64,000 nucleotides of DNA from Candidatus Poribacteria bacterium. GTDB lineage: Bacteria; Poribacteria; WGA-4E; PCPOR2b. Shown here piece by piece: positions 39,913-49,511 of this stretch. Numbering within the stretch: position 1 is the first letter of the stretch; each line of letters starts with the position of its first letter. The translations under genes were made by a program, and so were the position numbers. A model generated the notes under the pieces. The model was not told the DNA's origin. It ran no database searches and saw only the letters and a program-made list of their open reading frames with translations. The stretch lies in NCBI GenBank assembly GCA_965215015.1, contig OZ244042.1, positions 4,288,001 to 4,352,000 of the forward strand, given 5' to 3'.

Positions 39913-41874
39913 CTAGGGGAAAAATTGGTATAAAGGTGTATTGGTCAGAATACTCAAAATTCCCCAGATGTTGCTTAACAGATAATCTCCCAAAGCCAGC
40001 CCCAAAAAGCAGGGAATAGCGCGACGATAGCCGTTGAGACCTCCATAGCGCAGGATGACTGCTTTGAACGCCCAAGCGACAAATAGGCAACTCCACAGGT
40101 TGTACATCCCCCAACTATCCGCCATCGCATAGCCGAGAGGGTGGAGCGACCACCACAGGAAACGCCCTCGTAGAAACATCAATACCACTGCTACGCCGAG
40201 GCCGCCACCCATGAAGGCAAGCGCGGGCTCATCCCGCTCTCGAGGGGAGTTCAGCCAGCTTTCAAGTCGGTTGTAGATCCAGCCGCGTTGCGTGGTTGGC
40301 CCCATGTAGTGTCCCGACTCGGCACCGTGTCGATAGTAGTTATCCAACAAAAGCCAGTATGTTGCGATTGCCCCGATGAGTGTTGCGATTACAATAGCGA
40401 TGGCGATATGGTGAGGATTAATATTTCGTCGTTCCGAAATCTTGAAGGCTTCCAGCTGCTGCGGCATCAGATTGGTTCGGTTTGCGAAAGTGAAGTGCAT
40501 GTACAACGTAAAAACGGTAAGGGCACTGGGACCCAACCTGCGTGTTCCGAACGCATTGATAATCATGTGGTGCGGATCGACACCGTTTTGAAAATCGTGG
40601 CACAAGAATCCCATTTCCGCACGCAGCCGCGCAATCATCGTCCCTAATAAGAAGTAAATTCCAAAGAACAGTGGAATTACCCATAACGGCATACCCGCCT
40701 TATAGGAAAAAACTGTTAAGAAAATCGTACCAAATACCACACATGCAAATGCCAAACGATACCGTATTGGTTCATAGGAGTCATCCAGTTGCGACGCGGA
40801 TGCGGCACGGCTGAACAGATGGTGCCCCAATCTTATGAAATGTGCCCTGCCTGTCCACAATGCGACCACGAATAGCCCAATATACACGCCAAAACTCTGT
40901 TCAGCGATATATGGGAAGCGCGGCAGACCCTGCCAACCCATGATGTTCCCGCCCATCAACTCAATTTTGTAAACCCAGTAAAACACCCAGCACGAAAGCA
41001 GGAGGTCAAGCGGCATAAGAAAGCTGATGCCGATGACGAAAGGGTAAAAGGAGAGCCTTACGCTGCCCATCGCATTCCAGGGCCGTTCGGTGAAATACTG
41101 ATGGATGGATTGACGTTTGACGGGGATGTAGGGGAATGCGGGGTAGATTGAATTGAGCAGGTTTTCGATACTGATTAAGGCAGCGATGCCGAAGCCAAGC
41201 CACATCAGTCTGTTTTTGAAGAAACCGGATCTGGGATTGGTCATCTCCAGTGGAAGTTGAATCAGCGGATACGTCAACCGTTCGTGCTCCGTCCACTGTT
41301 TCCGCAACAGGGTGGTAAGCCCTAGCATCACAACCATCAGTACAAATAGGAACGTAATCCAAGCCCCGCCGGGGATGAGCCATGCCTTAAAATACCCCTC
41401 TTCGTAGAGCGTTGAACCTCCTTTATAGAATGGTGTTAGGGCTTTCTCGTCCCGCACGGTAAGCCATTCGGGAAGATGTTTGAAAAGCAGCTCTCGCCAG
41501 CCGTTTTCAGGGGTGGCGAACCGGAACGGGTGCCCCAAAATTGGGACCAAAATCTCCATCATGTCATATGAACAGAGGCAGGAAACGAAACCCAACATGA
41601 CATAGATGGTGAGGAGCTCCTGCTGAGAGAGACCAAGCGTTGGAGAGATTTTAACAAGTATATACCGGATCAGCAGGAGCCAAAAAATGACGAAAATGAC
41701 ATTTGAAAACGGGTGGATAATTGTCGGGAAGGTATAGCGAACGACTTCAAGCTCGATAAGCCAATACACGGTGATTGGCATGAGCAATAGGGCAATCAGA
41801 CAAGACTTGAGTGTTAAGCCGCTCTGGAAGGTGATAGACGTGTCTTTTATTAGGCTATCGCTTCGCATTGTCAA
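39913..41874 (-). CDS. Polytopic membrane protein (DUF6785/DUF6784, OPT-like)
   Basis: RKQW...ERL.YP, RLRAE.G, WW.LHPLGY, K..ILRYGG and F.GL.LG. Confidence 0.75.
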   Translation of the reverse strand: MTMRSDSLIKDTSITFQSGLTLKSCLIALLLMPITVYWLIELEVVRYTFPTIIHPFSNVIFVIFWLLLIRYILVKISPTLGLSQQELLTIYVMLGFVSCLCSYDMMEILVPILGHPFRFATPENGWRELLFKHLPEWLTVRDEKALTPFYKGGSTLYEEGYFKAWLIPGGAWITFLFVLMVVMLGLTTLLRKQWTEHERLTYPLIQLPLEMTNPRSGFFKNRLMWLGFGIAALISIENLLNSIYPAFPYIPVKRQSIHQYFTERPWNAMGSVRLSFYPFVIGISFLMPLDLLLSCWVFYWVYKIELMGGNIMGWQGLPRFPYIAEQSFGVYIGLFVVALWTGRAHFIRLGHHLFSRAASASQLDDSYEPIRYRLAFACVVFGTIFLTVFSYKAGMPLWVIPLFFGIYFLLGTMIARLRAEMGFLCHDFQNGVDPHHMIINAFGTRRLGPSALTVFTLYMHFTFANRTNLMPQQLEAFKISERRNINPHHIAIAIVIATLIGAIATYWLLLDNYYRHGAESGHYMGPTTQRGWIYNRLESWLNSPRERDEPALAFMGGGLGVAVVLMFLRGRFLWWSLHPLGYAMADSWGMYNLWSCLFVAWAFKAVILRYGGLNGYRRAIPCFLGLALGDYLLSNIWGILSILTNTPLYQFFP

Positions 41875-41987
41875 GAAATGGAATTTAAATAAATCACCGC
41901 TTTTGCCTCGAGCACTATACCGTTTTGATTTTAATAATACGACAATTCCATTCTGGGATATTCAAGCGTAGCTCACAATTATGTCCC

Positions 41988-42383
41988 CTATCCACAGCCG
42001 ATCTCGGCGATTGCCTCGACCTCGACGAGTAGATCAGGGTTGACCAACGTTGGTGTGGCGACCGTGGCACTGGCGGGTATATTGTTTGGGAATGCCTCGG
42101 CACGTGCCTCCGCATATTCTGCGTACCGGCTCATATCGGTAAGAAACGCTGTAATTTTTACCACATCTTCCATGGTTGCGCCGGCTTCAGCGAGGACCGC
42201 TTGAATATTAACGAAAACTTGTTGTGACTGCGCGCCCATATCATCCCCACCAACTAAATTGCCTTGTGGGTCGAAGGCCACCTGTCCTGATACATACACG
42301 GTGTTTCCCACCTGCACGCCTTGAGCTATTCGGAATTGACTTGCCCAGGGCCAGGGTGGATTCAGTTCGATTCGCTCTGGCAT
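41988..42383 (-). CDS. RidA/YjgF family protein
   Basis: VYVSGQV, DVVKIT.FL and LVEVEAIA. Confidence 0.92.
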   Translation of the reverse strand: MPERIELNPPWPWASQFRIAQGVQVGNTVYVSGQVAFDPQGNLVGGDDMGAQSQQVFVNIQAVLAEAGATMEDVVKITAFLTDMSRYAEYAEARAEAFPNNIPASATVATPTLVNPDLLVEVEAIAEIGCG

Positions 42384-42646
42384 CTTGCACCTCCTAGTGT
42401 TTTGGTTGGCAGTTATAGTTTGTTGAAGGCCGGATACAGACAGGATAGTTCAGTACAGCATACCGTTTTCTTCCCTATCAAGTCTGTGTCCTTTGTTGTA
42501 TGAGATATTATCACAAATGACAGTGGAAGGCTACGAAAAACTTTTGCTGATGAATTCGGCAAGATGTACCCTACTAGGTAAGAGGCACTTTGAGCAAATC
42601 GAAATCCAAATTGCAGGCTATTATTTGGCGATGGGTTGCCCCCATT

Positions 42647-43894
42647 TTACCGGGGCTGATCAACTGTAATAAAAACGGCATTGAGGACATCACGTTCACG
42701 CTGTCCAGAGGGACGATTGACAACCTCTCCATCGACCACAAAGGTACTTGATGAGCCTCCATCTAGATTGATAGCTTCTGTCGCCCCGAGTTCAATAAGC
42801 ACGCTTGCAAGCCGATATAGGGATAATCCTGTGCTATACCCCGCCCGTCGTCCGTCCACCACAATTAGTATCAATTTCTGCGTGTTGTAACCGAGAGCGG
42901 TGCGCGGTTCATAGCTCAACGCCAAGTCGCGCTGTCGTTTACCGGGCGTATGCTTCTTCTGGGAGCGGTATTGCTTTTCTAGCATTTCGTTGACTCGTCC
43001 ATTTTTCACAAGTCGAATCCGCCCGCCAATTGCTTGAATGGCACGATTCCAGCTAGGCGGCTCGAGTTCAATTTCGATTTTTCCACGCTTTGTCTCACCC
43101 AATTGGGCTTCTAATTTCTTATCCATTCGTGAGCGAAAGGAAATCACCGCACCGTTTTCAGGGATTGGGTTGTTCCCACCCTTCCCGAAATGATCGATGA
43201 TAAACTCGCTTTGGTATTTGCCTGTAATTGGCAACGGGAGCCCGATTAGAATCATTTCATAAGTCCGCTTGCGGTTCGTGTGCGTCGAGTCACCCATTCG
43301 GGGGGTATAGAGGATAGATCGGCAACCGTCGAGAAATCTCTGGTTGATGCACTCCATCGGGAAGCTATACGTTCCCACGGTCACAACAGCTTCCATTTCA
43401 ACGGGACCAATCAAAAACTCACCCTCCGATGTCACACCAAAACACGCCTCCTCATCAGAAGCAGGTTGCGTCATCAACTCCCCGGCTTGGATATGTAGAT
43501 TTTCCAGCGCACCGCCGTACCCTCTCATGTCACCGAGAACGCCAAATCCACCGTTGATGGCGACTAAGACGCGGCGATCCCCACGCTGCGAGCGTTGATG
43601 GGCGATAAATCTGACGGTTTTCTTGCCTAGGATTTGATCTCCGGCGATTGCCGCTTCAAAATGGAGGTCGGCATGGGAACGGTCCATTTCTGCGACATAA
43701 AGAACACAACCCTCCGCGTGCCAATCGTACCGATAGATATGAACACCCGAATGCAGATTACTGAACAGATTCGTGCGAGTTAGATCGGGATTCCGTAGGA
43801 AGGAAGGATCGTTGCTTCCCATGACAGTTTGACAGGCGATTAGAATAAGACAAAGGAAAATTATGAAGTGAAAAGCAGGTGTTGGTTTATCCAT
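42647..43894 (-). CDS. Secreted phosphodiester glycosidase (NAGPA) family protein
   Basis: AINGGF, PRTALG, VVDGR and AINLDGGSSS. Start moved to the ATG at 43894 (signal peptide, overlaps the folB end). Confidence 0.87.
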   Translation of the reverse strand: MDKPTPAFHFIIFLCLILIACQTVMGSNDPSFLRNPDLTRTNLFSNLHSGVHIYRYDWHAEGCVLYVAEMDRSHADLHFEAAIAGDQILGKKTVRFIAHQRSQRGDRRVLVAINGGFGVLGDMRGYGGALENLHIQAGELMTQPASDEEACFGVTSEGEFLIGPVEMEAVVTVGTYSFPMECINQRFLDGCRSILYTPRMGDSTHTNRKRTYEMILIGLPLPITGKYQSEFIIDHFGKGGNNPIPENGAVISFRSRMDKKLEAQLGETKRGKIEIELEPPSWNRAIQAIGGRIRLVKNGRVNEMLEKQYRSQKKHTPGKRQRDLALSYEPRTALGYNTQKLILIVVDGRRAGYSTGLSLYRLASVLIELGATEAINLDGGSSSTFVVDGEVVNRPSGQRERDVLNAVFITVDQPR

Positions 43895-44255
43895 TTGCTT
43901 TTCGCTTTCTATGGATTTCGATGCCTGCATAGGTGAGTGCCGGTTCGATGGGGGGGGATAATTTTTTGACAGTGATTCGGACGGCCTCGATTTGGAATTG
44001 AGCGAGGAGTGCCTCCGCCATCGTTTCGGCGAGGGCTTCGATGAGTTGAAATGATTGCTGGGTCCCAATTTCAATTATCAGTTGGACAACTTGGACGTAG
44101 TTGATTGTGTGGGCGAGGTCATCAGCTTTGCCAGCGGCGGAGAGGTTGGTCGTCAACTCAAGGTCTATTTCATACTTCTGCCCAAGCTGACGCTCTGCTT
44201 TTGCGACGCCGTGATAGCCGTGAAATCGAACGCCTTTGAGAATGATTTTGTCCAT
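43887..44255 (-). CDS. folB: Dihydroneopterin aldolase
   Basis: FHGYHGV...ER.LGQ, TINY and LIEALAE. Confidence 0.95.
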   Translation of the reverse strand: MDKIILKGVRFHGYHGVAKAERQLGQKYEIDLELTTNLSAAGKADDLAHTINYVQVVQLIIEIGTQQSFQLIEALAETMAEALLAQFQIEAVRITVKKLSPPIEPALTYAGIEIHRKRKANG

Positions 44256-44974
44256 TACTTCAAGATCCGCATTTTACGGGTTTCAGTGTAATCATTAGCT
44301 GTCAGCGTGTAGAAGTACATTCCAGCTGCAACCGATTCCCCGATCTCGTCCCATCCCTTCCAATACGCAGCCCTAGGTTGAAAGGTGCAAAAACCTGCTT
44401 TCTGATACCCCAGATCCAATCGGCGCACTAATGCGCCGTTGGTGCCGGAGATTGTGATCTACACATCGGTGTCGTTGGCGAGTTGATAAGGCATTCACGT
44501 CCCCGCGTTGAATAGATTAGGATAGTTAGCAGTGTCGTTTCTGTCCCTGTCGGTTGTTGGAAAGGTGGGGTGATAGGCGTGAGGTACAGCGACATATCCC
44601 ACAGCAGAATCGTTCCAACCCTTGCCCCCGATGCGAGCTTTGTGCCATCGGGTGAAAATCCTATAAACGCAAATGCCCCCGTATACCCAGTGAGCAGTGC
44701 ACGTTCACGTCCCGTCTTCACATCTAAAACCAGGCACCGATGATAGTTACCACAGCGAGATGTGAGCCATCGGGCGAGAACGTAATATACCTAATCCTTA
44801 CCTTTCCGAAGCGGGCGATCGCGCCATGGGGTAAACTCCATATCTGATAATCTTGATAATTTCGGGCAGTGGCAACCGGCAGGGGAAGCAGCCCCGCAGC
44901 AAGGTGAGGCAGATCCACATGAAAAAGCTTGCTCTCCTGAAAACAGGGATAAAAGGAAAAAGTTGTTTTTTTAT
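44255..44974 (-). pseudogene. Degraded WD40 surface protein with a C-terminal FlgD-Ig/secretion-tail domain
   Basis: Fragments LPHGAIARFGK..FSPDG, FSPDGTKLASG..TILLWD, NYPNLFN..*MPYQLA..V*..LVRRLDLG..AAYW and GMYFYTL..TRKMRILK*, with stops and frameshifts. Confidence 0.8.
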
Positions 44975-45000
44975 TAGCCCTGCGTGGTAGAAGGACATCA

Positions 45001-46062
45001 CTACCAATCCTCATCATAAAAAGAGGTGCTTGGATAACTGTAGATGTTGCCCTCGTAGTTTTTCAACTGGATCTCCTCATCGTCAAATGACACAACTGGA
45101 TTGGGGATGAGTGCGATTTTGCCACCGCCCCCGGGGGCATCAACCACATAGTGCGGCACGCCGAGTCCAGAGATATGCCCGCGTAAAGCAGCGACGATTT
45201 CCAGTCCTTTTTTGATCGATGTGCGAAAGTGGTCTGTCCCGTAAACGAGGTCTGCCTGATAGATATAGTAGGGTCTCACGCGGATTTTGAGGAGTTTCTT
45301 CATTAAATCAACCATAACCTCGGGATCGTCGTTGACACCTTTGAGAAGAACTGCCTGATTGCCGACGGGGATACCGGCATCAGCCAACATGCCACACGCT
45401 TTCTCGGTTTCCGGTGTAACTTCTCGCGGGTGGTTGAAGTGGGTGTTAATGTAAAAAGGGTGGTACTGCTTGAGAATCGCACATAACTCCGGCGTGATGC
45501 GTTGTGGCAGGGTAACGGGGACGCGCGAACCGATTCGGATAATTTCGAGATGTTCGATGGCGCGGAGGCTGCCGACGATGTAATCAATCTTCCGATCCGT
45601 CAGCATCAGTGAATCCCCGCCGGAGATAATCACGTCACGAATTTCGGAGTGACTGCGGATATAGTCCAAGCCCATCTCGATATTGTTGTCGGGAATGGAG
45701 TCCGGGTCCCCCACTTTGCGTTTTCGGGTGCAGAATCGGCAGTAGATTGGACACATGTAATTGACATAAAACAGGACCCGATCCGGATAGCGATGTGTGA
45801 CGTTCGGAACATGGCTATCATCTTCTTCACCGAGTGGGTCGTCTTCTTCAAAACCGGTTCTGATCAATTCTTTGGGATCCGGGACAACCTGTTTCCAGAT
45901 CGGGTCTCCCGGTTCCTCGATCAAACTCAAATAGTAAGGATTGATACGAATAGGAAATACTTCGTGAACACGCCGTATCTCGTCGAGATCAACATCGAAG
46001 GTAGCGGCAAGTTTTTCAGGGGTGTTGACTGTATCCCGAACGAGCTTTTTCCATTCTTCCAT
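45001..46062 (-). CDS. KamA family radical SAM 2,3-aminomutase
   Basis: THRYPDRVL, CPIYCRFCTR, SGGD, THFNHPRE and DAPGGGGK. Confidence 0.93.
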   Translation of the reverse strand: MEEWKKLVRDTVNTPEKLAATFDVDLDEIRRVHEVFPIRINPYYLSLIEEPGDPIWKQVVPDPKELIRTGFEEDDPLGEEDDSHVPNVTHRYPDRVLFYVNYMCPIYCRFCTRKRKVGDPDSIPDNNIEMGLDYIRSHSEIRDVIISGGDSLMLTDRKIDYIVGSLRAIEHLEIIRIGSRVPVTLPQRITPELCAILKQYHPFYINTHFNHPREVTPETEKACGMLADAGIPVGNQAVLLKGVNDDPEVMVDLMKKLLKIRVRPYYIYQADLVYGTDHFRTSIKKGLEIVAALRGHISGLGVPHYVVDAPGGGGKIALIPNPVVSFDDEEIQLKNYEGNIYSYPSTSFYDEDW

Positions 46063-46086
46063 GAGATTTATTTGCCTTTCTCGTAA

Positions 46087-46641
46087 TTATTTTTCACTTT
46101 CTTTCTTTCGCGATTGGTAGTCCTTGAGTGTGACCTTGTTCATCTTATCACCTTCGCGGAGTTGATCTACCACATCCAACCCTTCGATGACACGTCCAAA
46201 GGTGGTGTACTCGCCTTCGAGGTGCTGATACCGTTCGGAATCCGGATCCAAGCAAATATAAAATTGGCTGCCCGCAGTATTCGGTTGTTGTCGTCGTGCC
46301 ATGGCGACAACTCCTTTTTCGTGCTTGGGCATTTTGGACCGAAGTTGGGGATCTTGGAATTCGCCGTAGATGGTCCATCCGGGTCCCCCGGTGCCATCAC
46401 CTTTTGGGTCGCCTCCTTGAATGACAAACTCGGGCGCATAGCGATGGAAACGGAGTCCATCGTAGAACCCTTGTTGGATGAGAGTTGCGAAATTATCCAC
46501 TGTTTTCGGTGCGGCATCGGGGTAAAGTTCGATGACAATCCGCCCCTTGTTCGTTTCCAAAACTGCATTGGGTTTGGATTTGTCACACCCGTTGCAGGTG
46601 GTGAGGAGGACAATCCACAGACATATCAGAGATTGGTTCAT
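46087..46641 (-). CDS. Cyclophilin-type peptidyl-prolyl isomerase, exported
   Basis: APKTVDNF, FHR, FVIQGGDP.G.GTGG and AGSQFYI. Confidence 0.94.
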   Translation of the reverse strand: MNQSLICLWIVLLTTCNGCDKSKPNAVLETNKGRIVIELYPDAAPKTVDNFATLIQQGFYDGLRFHRYAPEFVIQGGDPKGDGTGGPGWTIYGEFQDPQLRSKMPKHEKGVVAMARRQQPNTAGSQFYICLDPDSERYQHLEGEYTTFGRVIEGLDVVDQLREGDKMNKVTLKDYQSRKKESEK

Positions 46642-46697
46642 GTTAAAATAAAGTGTAAAATGCTAAAAGCGTGAAATGTAAAAACTATTGGTTCATT
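46637..46697 (-). repeat. Family-D repeat overlapping the PPIase start codon
   Basis: Reverse complement is AATGAACCAATAGTTTTTACATTTCACGCTTTTAGCATTTTACACTTTATTTTAACATGAA. Confidence 0.7.
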
Positions 46698-46914
46698 GGT
46701 TTATTGATGCAGTTGGGCCAAGAAGTCCCATCCGATCAGGACAACAGAATCGTGAGTTTACGGTTTCGTAAGCGTTGGAACAACGAAACGAAATCGGAAC
46801 CCGATCCACGGGCCCATGTCAAAGGAAAGTGCAAAATGCCAAGAGAAATCGAGTTTTTGCCAAAAATTCGGTTTCTGGTTCTGCTTAACGCGGGAACTAT
46901 TTTCGCTACCCGCG

Positions 46915-48105
46915 CTATACGGTTTCAGCGAGCGACTTCTTGAGGATTGAAACCGCTTCATCGACATGCGCTGTAGTGATATTAAGTGGTGGCAAAAAGC
47001 GAAGAACATAATCGTTTGTGCAGATTGTGATTAAACCATTTTCGATACACTTGGCGGCGAGTGCGTTGGCATCAACAGATAGCACCAATCCACGTAGCAA
47101 GCCTTTGCCACGTACCTCTTTAATCGGGTACTGATCTTTAAGGGCCATCAGTTTGCTCTCCAGATAATCACCCATTTTGACCGCATTTTCACCAAGATTT
47201 TCATCAAGGATGGTGTTTATCGTTGCACACGCTGCGGCGGTTACCAGCGGATTCCCCCCAAACGTCGCCGCGTGGGTGCCGGGGACAAAACTCGCTGCGA
47301 TATGCCCCTTAGCGAGCATCGCACCGATTGGCGCGCCTCCACCGAGGGACTTTGCCATGGTGATAATGTCCGGGATAATACCGTAGCTTTGATACCCGAA
47401 CAATGGACCGAGCCGTCCCATCGCTGTTTGGACTTCGTCAAGGATAAGCACCAGATTGTGTTTGTCGCAGAGCTCTCGAAGCCCTTGGAGGTAACCACTG
47501 CTTGGTGTGTTGACACCGCCTTCAGACTGGATCGCCTCCACAAGGATGCCGCAGGTCTTTTCGCTGATTGCAGCTTTCACCGCCGAGAGATCATCATACG
47601 GGACATAGGTGAATCCGGGAACCATCGGCTCAAATCCCTTGTGATATTTGGTTTGAGCGGTTGCCGTTATCGTTGCCATCGTACGCCCATGGAACGAGTT
47701 GTCCATTGTGATGATTTCGTAGGCGTCGGGGCTGCCTTGGTCTTTGATAAACTTCCGTGCGAGTTTAATTCCTGCTTCGTTAGCTTCGGCTCCACTGTTG
47801 CAGAAGAAGCACTGATCTAGATCGCAGTTATCGATAAGCAATTTTGCCAATTGGGCTTGTGGTTCAATATAGTAGAGATTAGAAATATGCAGAAGTTTTC
47901 CGGCTTGTTCCCGGATGGCTGCGACCACGTTGGGATGGCAATGTCCCAAACCGTTGACAGCTAAACCGCCCAGGAAATCGAGGTATCTCTTCCCCTCCGC
48001 ATCCCAGAGGTAAGCCCCTTCTCCACGGATGAACGCCAGTGAGCGTTCACCGTAGGTGTTCATAATATACTCTGTAGCCATTGCTTTAATTTCAGCGGTT
48101 GTCAT
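46915..48105 (-). CDS. argD: Acetylornithine aminotransferase
   Basis: NSGAEANE, SFHGRT, DEVQT, AKSLGGG and TFGGNPL. Confidence 0.92.
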   Translation of the reverse strand: MTTAEIKAMATEYIMNTYGERSLAFIRGEGAYLWDAEGKRYLDFLGGLAVNGLGHCHPNVVAAIREQAGKLLHISNLYYIEPQAQLAKLLIDNCDLDQCFFCNSGAEANEAGIKLARKFIKDQGSPDAYEIITMDNSFHGRTMATITATAQTKYHKGFEPMVPGFTYVPYDDLSAVKAAISEKTCGILVEAIQSEGGVNTPSSGYLQGLRELCDKHNLVLILDEVQTAMGRLGPLFGYQSYGIIPDIITMAKSLGGGAPIGAMLAKGHIAASFVPGTHAATFGGNPLVTAAACATINTILDENLGENAVKMGDYLESKLMALKDQYPIKEVRGKGLLRGLVLSVDANALAAKCIENGLITICTNDYVLRFLPPLNITTAHVDEAVSILKKSLAETV

Positions 48106-48189
48106 TTTGTATGTTCTCCTTCTAGGGTGAGGGTACGTCTATTGACCCAACAAACCCTGACTGCCTCACGGCAGTCGGTTAAATAGCAA

Positions 48190-48354
48190 TAGGACTTACG
48201 TAGTTGAACGTTTAAAGCCTCGTAGGGGCAACCCCAAGGGTTGCCCTCAAACATTACCAAACCGTGAATCCACGATTTCGTAGGGAACGCAAATCTACGT
48301 CCCTACCTCCGCTCACTAAATTGTACGACTGCCAGCTGAAGTGTGTAAGTCCTA
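48190..48354 (+). mobile_element. Miniature element, family A
   Basis: Ends TAGGACTTACGTAGTTGAA and GAAGTGTGTAAGTCCTA. Cargo GTAGGGGCAACCCCAAGGGTTGCCCT and GTAGGGAACGCAAATCTACGTCCCTAC. Confidence 0.8.
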
Positions 48355-48564
48355 AGTAAATTCAATGATGCCGTGCATATCCACCAAGCCTTACAGATTC
48401 TCCTTATATTTAAGTATAACCCCCCACATGGAAGTAAGGAAGTAAGTTTGATGAGTTGATATGTCAAATCAATATAGTATCAAATATTATAAGGGAAATA
48501 TGGCTGATATTCAAGATCAAAGTCATCAAAGAACAGGAAAAATTTGAGTATTCATTTAAATAAG

Positions 48565-48876
48565 TTAAGATGGACGTCCCTTCCGACTACTTGTCTGATT
48601 TTGGGGATGGTAGCCGGGGCAGATCAGTACAGGCAGATGTGGATACATCTGAAAGTCAGCGTCAGATTTTGAGAGAAGACACAGATAGAAACGGTTCTGG
48701 TTGGCGTTTTCGATTATTTTAACGTGCTGGCAGGTTTGACACAGTCCAATTTCTACAAGGCTTTTAGTTTTCACGGCATTCAACTGGAATACTGGCCCGC
48801 TGTGCCATAGACAGATTTTTCCAATCCTGTGAGTATTCCACGGGATTGGCGTTTGATAACTTGGCGTATCGGTCAT
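48565..48876 (-). CDS. Small Cys-rich hypothetical protein
   Basis: GLCQTCQH...FYLC...YP.LPVL.C.GY; starts 1 bp after the upstream stop. Confidence 0.65.
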   Translation of the reverse strand: MTDTPSYQTPIPWNTHRIGKICLWHSGPVFQLNAVKTKSLVEIGLCQTCQHVKIIENANQNRFYLCLLSKSDADFQMYPHLPVLICPGYHPQNQTSSRKGRPS

Positions 48877-48877
48877 T

Positions 48878-49264
48878 TTAGTCCGCTTCTAAGCGAGCTG
48901 CCCCCCACTCCTTCCCTGCTAATTCGCGCAACTCAACTTCAACGGCCTTGAGCTCAACACCTGCGTCCAATTCCTCTAGAGCTTGGGAAACATACGTATA
49001 GAAATAGGCAGCAAGCATTTCACAGGTGGGGCAAGCTGACTGTTCCTCGGTTAGGATGGGGTTTTCATTCAGGTAGGTGTCGGCAAGTTTTTCGACGTAT
49101 GGGTCGGTGAGTTGGCGCAGCTTAAGAATGTCAATCACCATACCGTTTTTTGGGATGCCCCTCACGAACAGCTTTAGCGTCCAATAGTGATTGTGGGGCT
49201 TTTCCCGAACAGAGAGGCTATGGCTTGCGTAAAATTCAAACGGGACGATGACGGTTGTGTACAA
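48878..49264 (-). CDS. 6-pyruvoyl-tetrahydropterin synthase / QueD family protein
   Basis: F.ASH.L, H.H, GMVID, YLNE and PTCE.LA. Confidence 0.8.
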   Translation of the reverse strand: MYTTVIVPFEFYASHSLSVREKPHNHYWTLKLFVRGIPKNGMVIDILKLRQLTDPYVEKLADTYLNENPILTEEQSACPTCEMLAAYFYTYVSQALEELDAGVELKAVEVELRELAGKEWGAARLEAD

Positions 49265-49511
49265 GCGTTAATTCCTTTCTTTTAATATGCCTCGTAAAAT
49301 TTTGGAGATGTGTAATTAACTTACAATGATAGGCGATCTTGCAGTTGTTGTCAAGCTGACTCACCTTAAAAAATTAATCCTAGATCAGGATTTGGCGTTG
49401 AAAAATAGATGTTGATATGAGATAATGAACATCCGTGTAGGGTGGTCAGGGTAGGAGGTTAGAACAGGGGCTTCCTGTTTCTGCCTCTTTTCCTTTTTGG
49501 GAGGTTGGACG

